IMG/VR virus record: IMGVR_UViG_3300023179_000012
Strand: one strand, 5' to 3'
DNA length: 64,000 nt
Source of the DNA: a virus
Each line of letters opens with the position of its first letter. Within the stretch, counting starts at the first letter, position 1. The position numbers and the translations under genes were made by a program. Under the pieces are notes generated by a model. The model worked only from the letters and a program-made list of their open reading frames with translations, had not been told where the DNA came from and made no database searches. Shown here piece by piece: positions 34,651 through 46,600 of the stretch.

Positions 34651-37600
34651 ATGGCCGCATTTAATTTAACAGCAGAAATTAATCTAAGAGGTCCTTCCAA
34701 TATTAGGAAGGTTGTTGGAGATATTAAAAGAGAGCTTGGTAATATAGAATCCCAGGTTACTCTTAAAATATCTAATAAAGCCGCCCAAAATATTAATAAT
34801 ATCACTAATAGTGTCAACATATTAAATGATGCACTTTTAAGAGCACAGGCAACCGCCGGAAACCTATCATCAACACTATCCTCTCTTGGTGTTTCCACGG
34901 GTAATGTTTCTAGCAGTCTTAAGTCAATTTCAAGTGGCACAGCAGAGTTAACATCTTCTGCACAAACTGTAGCCAAAGCAACATCAGAAGCGTCGTCCGA
35001 AATGGCAGAGTTCGGTAGACAATCTGCTCTTGCTGTGAGAAGATTTGCCGCTTTTAGTGTTGGTACAGCATCAATATACGGTTTAACAAGAGCTATTTCA
35101 TCTTCGTTTAGTGAATTTATTAAATTTGATAGACAACTAGTTAGACTAAAACAAACCACAGGAGATTTCAGTTCCGATATTGATAGTATCTCTAATGAAA
35201 TTTCGAGACTGTCCACAACTTTTGGTGTTAGTTCTGGTGATTTGGCGGAGGTTTCGGTAACACTAGCTCAGGCCGGTTTAAGTGCTGTACAAACCAAAGA
35301 CGCTCTAGAAGCATTAGCAAAAACCGCCTTGTCTCCATCATTTGAAAATATTCAAGATACTGCGGAAGGTGCTATTGCCGCCATGAGGCAGTTTAATATT
35401 TCAACCAAAGAACTTGATAGCGCTTTGAGTTCTATTAATGCTGTTGCTGCTGCGTTTGCTGTTGAATCAAGCGATATTATAGCTGCTATTCAGCGTACTG
35501 GTGGTGTGTTTGCAAGTTCTAGCAGAGGAGTTAGTGAAGGTAAAGACGCTCTAAATGAATTTATTGCTGTATTCACCAGTGTTCGTGCTACAACTCGTGA
35601 AAGCGCTGAAACTATCGCTACTGGTTTAAGAACTATTTTTACTAGAATTCAAAGACCAAAGACTATTGAAGCATTAAGAGAATATGGTATTGAATTAACA
35701 GACTTAAAGGGTAAATTCGTTGGAGGCTTTGAGGCCATAAAAAGAATTAGCGAAGGCTTGACCGGATTAGATACTAGAGATATAAGTTTTGCTAAAATTG
35801 TTGAAGAATTGGGTGGATTTAGACAAATCGGTAAAGTTATTCCATTAATTCAAGAGTTCGGCACCGCACAACAAGCATACAATGTTGCTGTACAAGGACA
35901 AGGCAGTTTAACCAGAAATGCTATTCAAGCTCAAGACGCTCTAGCTGTACAATTCTCTAAAACCAAACAGGAGTTTGATGCTCTTATTAGATCTGTCGGA
36001 GACACAGGAACATTCAAAAATATTATTTCTGGTGGACTAGGACTGACAAGAGTACTAATCAATCTTGTTGGAGCTTTTAAACCACTGTTACCCTATCTTG
36101 CTATTATTGGTGGACTAAAAGCTGGAGCAGCATTAACAGAATACGCAGGAGGATTTTTAGGTGGCCTGAAGAAAAACCAAAAAGGCTCTGCTCCTCCAGA
36201 AGATTTATTAGGCCCTCTTGGTGGTGGTGGTAATCGACCAAAGAGACCATCTTCTGGCGACACAATGGATACTAGTGCCTTAGAAGCATTTTTATCTGAT
36301 AATAGCACCGCTCTTAATAATGTAACAAATTCTTTAGCAGCTTTATCAAAAACAATATCAGACGGAGCATTAGCATCGTCAAGTGTTGATCTAACTAGTA
36401 TATCATCATTGATTGGTGGACTTGGCGATCAAATAGGAGAATTAAATAGTAGTTTACTAACTAGTGGCGATATTTTTAAATCATCAGCAGAACAAATCTC
36501 CACCTCGGTAATAAGCATGTCATCTATAATGACTGGGGTTGGAGATATATATAAAGCATCTACAGATAATGTTTCAACTAATTTATTAACATTATCAGGG
36601 GCTATTCAAGAACTATCAAATAAACTTAGTGGTACAACACCTCCAAATGAAAACTCTGGACCATCAGAAGGTCCAACTATGAAATCTGGTGGTGGAGTCA
36701 TTAGAAAATTTGCTAGAGGAGGTTATGTTCCTGGTTCTGGCAATAGAGATACTGTACCAGCAATGTTACAGCCTGGAGAATTTGTTATTCGTAAAAAAGC
36801 TGTTGATACTATAGGTGCTAATCAATTACATAGTATGAATAAATATGGAAGAGGAGGAATCGCTTCTAAATTTCGTTCTGGTGGTAAGATACAAAAATTT
36901 AAACAAGGCGGTGGAGTTGCAGATGTACAATTCACAGAGGGCTACGACGGAGATTCTTTCCATGTTAATTTCACACCAGCAGCTTCTCCATATGAAACAT
37001 TAACAAGACTAGAGGGTGCTGACGCATATGAAATTAAAGGAGCTGCCACCAGAAAAGGATATGATGCTAATGAGATCGCTAAGGGCAAGCAAGCTGCTGA
37101 AATAACTACAAGATGGGCGCAAACAGCAGGAAAAGACAAATTATTAAAATCATTCAAAGATTCTAATAAATATGATAATCTTGGCCGTCCAATGTTTAAG
37201 TCGGATGAATTAGTCGGTCTTCTAAAAGGTGCTGGTGTCCTTGATCCAGAAAGTAAATGGAATCAAAAATCATTAGGTGGATTAATACAAAAATTTGCTC
37301 GCGGCGGCAAAGCTAAAAAAACCGAGGATTCGCCTCCTGTTCGTCCGCCTCTAAATCTGCCTGATATTATACCAGGAACAACGCCAGAACTCGAAATAGC
37401 AATAGCAGATGCAAAAAAGAGAAACAGCACATACGCTTTAACAGATAGAAGAGATAATATAAAAAGCAGGCTTACTCAAGCATATAGAGGAATAATTTTT
37501 CCAGGACTAAAACCATCTACAGAAAAAATTACAGATGACACAATAATATCTCTTTATTCCGAAGAGACATCGGGCTATATTAAAAGATCGATTAAATCAT

Positions 37601-40600
37601 TAGAAGCCGATCTTAAGTATATAGATATGGCAACTAAAAAACCGGAGCAATTAAAAGCTACAAAAACACGTAGCATTAGTGATATGCTTGATGCTATTAG
37701 AGCATACCAAGCTTTCGGTTTAGACTCTACCTTAAACGAAGCTGCTGCTAATAATACTTTAGACGCTAAATTGGGCAGCATCTTAACTGAAGAAGATAAA
37801 AAAAGATACGCAGCAATAGCTGATAAACCCTTATCGTTTTTTGCAGAATCTTTGGATGATAGTATGCAGTTTTCGATGCCAAAAACATTATATGCGGGCT
37901 TGGGACAAAGCAAACAAAAATTATTGTTGGACTCCGCTGGAATAAAAATTAACGAAGAAAAAGATATACAAAAGCTTGTTGGCAAAACGGTTAGTATGCC
38001 ATCATTCTTATCTTCTTCAGAATTAGAGAGTGTTGGTTTGAGTTTTTCTAGAACCGGCTTAATGAAAATAGCAACAAATCCTAAACGCAAAGGTTTAAAT
38101 GTTAATTTAGCTAAAGAACAAACAGTTAACAGAGATGACATGGCGACCAGAAGTTCTAAAAATAGGCTTATTGATAATGAATCAGCATTTTTTAGCGAAG
38201 ATTTTGCTGATGATATGGATATTGAAAGCGAATATATTTTTCCTAGAAATAGTAAATTTAAGGTTTTAAAAACAGAAAGTAGCATATGGAATAGAAATAA
38301 ACCACCAGAAGATCCTTGGGCTATAAACTGGGATGTGCAAGAACTAGCTCAAGGAGGTAAAATTCAAAGAAAAGTTGGTTATATTGATTACGATGTAATA
38401 GCTAATGAAGCTAATGCTGCGGTAGTAGATGCTGGAATGAAACAGGCTGGGGTGAGTGGTCCTAGATTATATGCAGACTATCTTACAGATCTTGCTGTTA
38501 AAGCTAGAAAAGAAGAAAGCTTAGATAAATTAAGAGCAATTTATGGTGTTGCTGGTAGTGGTAAAACTACTCTTGCTCGTGGAGCCGGAACCGATATTGG
38601 CACCATGAGACAAACAGAAAGATTTCCAATATTAAGTCCAGAAGATATACAAAAGGCAACAGAAGTATTAATATTAACCAGTACTGTTTCTAAAGATAAA
38701 TTAGAAGGATTTTTGAGAGAGGTTGATAGGGCTTATACTCTCAGTTCAACAACACCAGAAGAACAACAAAGAATACTATCTCAAAGATCAAGCAGAGATA
38801 TTACTGGAATAGGACTAGAAGGCCGTCAACCCGGCGCCACAACTGGAGTTGGTACAGACACAGCTATCGGAGAAGCATTATTAGGCGATGCTCTTGGTAA
38901 AAAATCAGTTGTATTAGGAAGAACAGGGACTGGTAGACTAAGAGCTAAAAATAAAAATGAATTAGTTGATGTTATCAAGAAAAAGATTGGCTTCACATGG
39001 GGTGGATTTGCTCCAACAACAAGAGGACACGAATCTATTGTTGATGCTGCTGCTGCTTATGGTATACCACCAGAAGATTTTATAGCTTTAGTTGGATCCA
39101 ATGAGGGGATTAGAAATACTGATCCATCAAGTTATAGAACAGCAATTTTAGATCAAGACGCTAGAGTATTATTAGCTAAAGCTGGTTTTGGCGCAAAAGG
39201 AGCCACAGTATTACCAAAGCCAAGAGACTTTGAAGTTCCTCAAGGATTTGATATTAGTGAAGGAGGCAGAAGAAGAGTACTTTTACCCGGTGCTGGTAGC
39301 GCAACTTTCGTTGCCGATAAAGGAGAATCTGATACAGCTAAGTATAAAGCTGCTGGATATAATGTGGTTAATATTCCACGTACCGAAGGTATTAGCGGCA
39401 CAATGGTTAGAGACTTGATAGCATCCGGAGATATGGGTAGATTACAACAAGTATTATCTCCTGGTGTTTATGAGATGATATCCAATAATATTGGTAGGCT
39501 CCAAAATAGGGCTGGTATATTACCAGAATTAATACAACAAGCAAAAGCAAATGAGGCCGCATCACTACAATCGGTTGAAGAACAAATTAAAGCTGTTGGT
39601 ATTAGTCGTATAGATAAAAAGAGAGCAGAAAATGATCCAGAGTACGCTGCTCAAGTAGAGGTTCTTCAACAACTTAGAAAACACAGAGATAGAATTAAAA
39701 ATGCTGCACAATTTGAACCATATAGACTGTTAGATAGATTAGCTCAGGCTCAACCTGACAAATACGCTTTAGATTTTGCTACAAGAGCAGCTACAGCGGC
39801 TCCAAAACTAGGAACAATGGCTGGCGTTGAAGCTATGCCACAACAGAGCGCTCAAGAAAAATTAATTGAAGAAGTTACTGCTCTTGGACGAGTAGCCGGT
39901 ATTAAAAAACTTTTAGATTTACCAAAAGCAGATAGATCTCTGGATAGTTTATTGAGAATAGATAGAATTAAAACCTATCAACCAGACTCCCCAGAATTAC
40001 AACAGGCTATGGATGTTGTTCAAAAAGCTCTAAATGCGCAAGGAACCTCTAGCGCAGCAGAACAACAAAGAATAGCAGGATTAACTAAAGTTGGTGTTGT
40101 TGGATTATTAGATGATAGCGGCCAACTTGGATATAGTAAGAATTTTGAATGGGATTTAGATAGCGGCAATAAAGTTTATGCTTATGCCAGAGGAGTAAGC
40201 CAGCGTTATGAACCAGCTGTTCGTCAGATGCAAGCAGAATCAGCAGCATCCGCAGTTAAATTTGCTGAAAATATGCAATACGCTGATATCTTTACTGGTG
40301 AGCCATTAGCCTTTGATTTTGATGAAACATTGGTAAAAGGTGCCGATATACTAGGACCAAATGGTAAACCAGATATTCCAAGATATGGTGATCTTGATGC
40401 TGTTGCAGAATCTTTAAAGGGAGCATCGTTAACCTCATTAGGTGAAAAACTTAGAGATTTATTAAGAGTCAATCCAGACTTCAAAAAGAATACTAGAATA
40501 CTAACAGCCAGACCACAACAGTCCGCTGGATTATTAGCTCAATCATTACAAGGTTTTGGACTACCATATCAAAGTAGTGATATAACAGGAGTTAGTAATT

Positions 40601-43600
40601 TTACTGGAGGTAATACTTTAGATATTGTTGATCCAAATACTCAAAGATTAAACTCTACTAGAATAGCAACTGCTAAAGCACAAAATCTTGGAGCACTTGA
40701 AAAATTAATTGATGACAATCTTGATAATGTTATGGCCGCTAAAAAAGCTGGTAAAAAAGCATACTTATATACTGAACCAGCACCAAAACCAGAATTGGAT
40801 CTACTTATGGGTCAAGGAGCTATAGAAGGGGCTATTGTTGAAAAAGCATTAGCCTTATTAGGGGCTAATTTACCACCCATAGAACAATTAGAACAAAATA
40901 GAGCAATAGACTTTCCTGGTGGATTAGGACGAGCCGCACAGTTTTTTGATATTGACCCAAATATTCCAACAGAGGTTAAACGAACTCTTAATGGTAGTAG
41001 TTTTGAAAAAGCCAGAGAAGAATTTGCTAGAATGTATTCTGAACAAATGGTTGGATTATCTGGCGGTGGTATAATACAAAAATTTAGAAATGGTGGACAG
41101 GCTGAATATATCGAAAAATATAAACAAATTCTTAAGAGTATTCTTCCACCAGAATTTTTAAGTGATCAAGGTTTCTTAAAAACTCCATCAGGCAGATCAG
41201 AACCCATAGAAATTATTCCTCCTACTGATGTTCGTCAGTCTTCTATGGAAAAGATGATGTCGGTACTATTAGGCAAACCACAAAAAGAAAAGGGTGGAGC
41301 TAGCTATAGTGGAGGCTTAGTATACAAAATATTAAGAGATAATTTATATCAAGCTAAAGATAAGATATCTCCAGATGAATATAATACTTTAAGATCTTTT
41401 GTGGATCAAAATCTTTTATTTCATGGCGAAGACGATATTATCGATCTTGAAGAACAGAAAAGACCAGGAAGTTTTGCTCATGAAACTTTTCACGATATTC
41501 AAGGTTATTTATTAGACTATTATCCTGAAATTTATAAAAGATTACAGGGTGGAGTAGAAGGTCAAAGAAAAAATATAGAAGCATGGTATAGTGATCCAAA
41601 AACAGCTCAATGGAGAACTGCTAGAGACTATCAACTTACACATTTGTTTCCATCATCTTACGAAGAGAGTCCTTATAAATCAACCGCTGGAGCTATTGTT
41701 GGAGCCGGATATAAAAAATTCAAACGTTTTTCACCGTCGATTGAAGACATTGCAAAACAAACACAAATGGATTTGGGTCGAGCAGAAACTATTCCGGTAC
41801 TTATGGCAGCAGCAGCAGAAGGAGAAAGCTCTTCTCAACAAATCCTAAGTCAAATTTTTGGTAGTGCTGGTTTAAATCGTGATTTTTATAAGTCTTTACC
41901 AAAATTTGCTGATGGTGGAGTAGCAACACTAGATCAGATGAGCGATAAGGGTCTAGCTAAAAAATCTAAAGAATTTGGTAAAATTGGACTAAGAAATACT
42001 GGCTCTGAGATTACAGCAACATATTTCAAAAATGCAAATAGAGAAGGAATGGTAACAGCAAAAAGATTTGCTGATAATTTATTTACTGTTGGCTTGTCAA
42101 AAGCTACAGGTGGTTATGGCCCAAGATTGTATGACGCTGTTATGGAAGCCGCAACAGCATCTGGAGGAATGTTAACTTCTGATAGAAATCAGGTTAGTGA
42201 TGCCGCGAAGGCTGTTTGGGCTTATTATTTTCAGAATCGTGGAGATGTTAAGAAAACACCATTGGATCCATCTCAATGGACTAAAAATCAAAATTATGTT
42301 GATCCCAAATTATATGGTAAAAAAGAAACATGGCCACCATTTAGTGACCCAGCATGGATCTTACAGACTGGATATAGCAAAGCGCCAGATTTAATTAATA
42401 GTCCAGACATTATAGATATGAATGATCCTAAATATGCTGATTATATTAGACAGCAACAACTAGGATACATGACATCAGCGGTTCTTGCTGGCAATATGAG
42501 ACATAGTGGTGGAAGTATTAGAAAGTTTGCTAAAGGTGGAACATCAGAAGATACTGTTCCAGCATTATTAACCCCCGGCGAATTCGTTATTAATAAAAAA
42601 GCTGCTCAGCGTATAGGTTATGGACAGCTTAATAGATTAAACAAAGCTGATAAATTACAAGGATTTAATAAGGGTGGATCTGTTGGGATTACTAGATTTG
42701 CTGCTGGCGGCAAAGCTCCCGGAGATCAAGCTGCTGCTGTTGATGTGTTTGTGCAAAAGATTGTTGAATTAACATCGGCTATAGAAAGTCAAACCTATAA
42801 GGTTCGCAGATCAGAGGGCATGACTGCTCAAGAAGCTAAGAAAGAAGCTGATACAGAAGCCCAGTTTGCTGCTATTGATTTTGGCAGAATGCAAACATAT
42901 ATTGATCCGGCTAATGCAAAAATTATAGCAGAAGCTGTTGGTAGAGTTTTAGATTCTATAGTTGGTAAAATGAGTCCATTCAGCGAGGGCGGACCAAGAA
43001 AACCGGGCTACTTCGATAGACCACCTGTAGAAAAAGCCCCTATCCCAGAACCAAAACAAGATTATACAGGTCAGAGATTAACAACCGGTAATTTTGATCC
43101 TAATGATATTGTAACACCAGCTAGAATAGTAGAAAAATTTACTCTAGAAGCTGAAGCGGCAGGAATGACTTTGGATAAACTTACTGATCGCATTAAAAAA
43201 TTCACAGCTGATACTGCTATAGCTTATAAACAAACTGTTACAAAACAACAAAAATCAGCTGGTGCCGCTATCAGTACTGCTACAGATGTTAGAAGTGATG
43301 AATCTATTAAGCGTGCTCAAAGTGAAGTTACCAATCTATTTCAAGCATTTGATAGTAATATTCCAGAAGAACGCATGGGTCAAATCATGAATCAATTGGA
43401 GTCAGGTATCAAGAGTGGCATGAATTTTGATCAAATTAAGAGCAGCATACCCGAACTCGATAGTATTATTAGAGAGGTTATAGATAACCATAAAGCATTA
43501 GCATATGCAACCAGCGAAACTGTTAAAAAATTCGGTACATTAACTGAACAAATGAAAGTTAGTGAAAACTTAATTAAGGGAGTTGAATCTGGAAGATGGT

Positions 43601-46600
43601 CTGGAAAATCAATGACTGATATCGAGAGGCTTCAAACTTCATCAGAAAAAAATATAGACTGGGAAAAATTTGGAGGTAACAGATTTCCTGGGTTTGATAA
43701 ATTAAATCAGCAATCTCCAGAATTAGCTGCTAATATTGGTAGATGGGTAGAAAAATTAGGCGGATTTGTTGGTGTTATGGGTGCTCAAATGTTGGTATTT
43801 GCCAAGGGTTTACCAAGTATCTATACTGGTTTAGACAATTTATTGAAAACATCTCTTTCAACAAATGCTAGTATGAAAGGTTTGGCAAATGGGATTGCAG
43901 AAGCTGGAGGAGCGGCCAAAGGTTTTGCTCTATTAGCACAGCAAGCTGGGTTAGACGCTAAAGGAACCGCAATTGCTGGTGGTACTGGACTTGTTCTAGG
44001 TGGTATTCAAGGGGCTTTTGAAGGATATTTTAAACAAGAAGCTCAGAATTTTGCGGAAGCATTAGCTGCTACAACAGATAGATTAAAAACTCTTTATGAC
44101 CAATTAAAGCTTCCGGGTATTGATGCTCAAACAACAGAAGATATTAGATCTCAAATTGATGACGAAATTGGAAGATTATCTAAAGAAATAGGAAACATTA
44201 ATGAAATAACAACCCCAGATTGGAGCACCCTCTTCTACAATGTTGCCGCTTCAATCAAAGACGGTATAATTGCTGGACTAACATTTAAGGCTGGCATAGC
44301 ATCATTTAAAAGCTCTGGAGGCGTGGTAGGATACTATGACGATGGAGGAAGTATATTCAAGCCAAAGGGTACGGACACTGTGCCAGCAATGTTAACTCCT
44401 GGTGAATTTGTTGTTAATAAGAAATCCACAGCTAAAAATCAAGGATTATTAGAAAGTATTAATTCTGGTAATTATAAAGCTAGAGGAGGTGTTGTTTATG
44501 CTGCTGGCGGTGGAGTAACAGAAGAAGAACAAAAATATAGCAAGGGATTCACTCGCTTTATGGGAGCCTTAAAGGCTTTATCTGGCGCTTTAGAAGCAGC
44601 AAGTGGTACAGGTTTACTCGTCGCATCAGGAGCTGGAACAGTTTTAAGTGGTGGTGGTGCCGCCCCAGTATCAGTTCCTGGTATGGTTGCTGGTGGAGCA
44701 GTGGCCGCTCACGGTGGAGATAGATTTATTGCTGGTATGAGACAATTATTTACTGGAGAACAGAAAAGATCCATAACATCGCAAGGATTAGATTATGTCA
44801 CAGGAGACAAAGGTACTTCTGATGTTGCTGATGAAGTTTTGGGTGTTGTCGGCGGAGTTGGTAGTCAAATAGCAACTAAGGCTCTAGAAAAAGCTGCTAC
44901 AACGGCGGTCACAACAGCCGCCGAACAAGCTGCAAAATCAGCAGTTACTAATTTGCCCGGATCTGGAACACAGGTTGTTGGAGCCGGTACAACCGCTGCT
45001 GCTGCAACAGACGCCGCTGCTGCTGCAACAGACGCCGCTACTACTGCCGCAAACACAGCTACTGTCGGATCTATTGTTAAAAGTATCATAACTAAGATAG
45101 GTATCGGAGCTGCGATTACTGGCGGCTTTAGCATGATAGCATCTTTTATGGGTAGAAGTCCGTACTCAGAAAAAGAACAAAAAGCAGTAACCAAGATCGC
45201 GGATCTACAAGAACAATACTTCAAAAAAGCTGCTGAAACACTAGTGCCACTACAAGGATTTGAAAAAGCATTCAATATTGTTAGAGGAGCAAAAGGTCTC
45301 ACTGGAGACGCCAGAAATCAATATTTTGCAGGAGTTAGTCCGGTAACAGAGGCTGCTACTAGGACAGCATTAACTAATCAAGGTTTTGATATTAAAAATA
45401 ATCAATCTATTCAGGACTTTGTTGGTTCTTTGGATCAGGCCAGTCAAGCTAATGCTACTGCTGTTGTTGAACAAGCTAAAATAGATCAAATTAAAAATAC
45501 TCTAGTTGCCGATGAAATTCAAAGAGCAACAGCTAATGGCGATAGCAGAGAAGATGCTGTTGCTAGAGCCTCTAAATTGATAGCACCATTACAAGAATTT
45601 GGTACTGTTGCTGAGGCCCAAGCTGCTGCATTGTCAGATACCGATCTAGCCGCATTGCTTAAGAGAGCTATGGATGTTCAGGGTATACAGGCTCAATCAA
45701 TATATATGCAATATGTGATGGGTCAACTATCAAATAGGATTCAACAGTCTACTGATTTAACAATAGTTGCCATGAAACGATTCGAAGAAGGAATCACAAA
45801 ATTATCTGATAAAGCAAGTAATCTATCACAAGTATTGATACCAAATCTTGTTGGTAATAAAATGGGTGGTCCAACACCGACACTTAAAATTGACAGAAGC
45901 GCATTAATAACTCTCAATAATCTTGCTACTGCTAGTAATGAACAAATTGCTAGCGCTGTTGAACAGGTGGGCTCACAAATGGGTATGAGTAGTGTTGGAA
46001 CACAAAATTTTACTAGACAATTTCAGGCCCAAAGAATTGTAGAACAAAGACTTCCTCAAATTCTTGCAGAAATTAGTGATTCATTATCTGGCGCCGGAGA
46101 CAATGAAGAACCCAGAAAAACAGCAGAAGACCGTCTAAGAACTGAATTAAAGCCGCTTATAAGTAATGTTATGACTCCTGAGGAAACCAATGCAACAATT
46201 GATCAACTAGTTAAAGCATTACAAGCAGATAATAGAGAACAGGGTGGTATTAGCAGATATACTAAAGATATACCAGCCCTACAAGCTGTTATAAAAGGAG
46301 CTTTTGAATCAGCCGGAGCTTTTAAGAGAGCTGGTGTTAAAATAGCAGATTTTGGAGATACTTTCTATCAAATCGGTAATCAATATGCTGAGGCCCTTAC
46401 TCATTTAAATGAATTATCTACAAATTATGCAAAAACATTAGCAGAATCTACTATTTCATTAAAACAAGCTCTTGGAGAAAGCGTATCTGTTGACGAAGGT
46501 TCAAGACCATTTGAAAATATGATTCTTGGTAGAACTTTTGGTACAGCGATACCAGAAAGTGATAATCCATTACTTCGTCAAAATAGAAGAGGAACCACAG

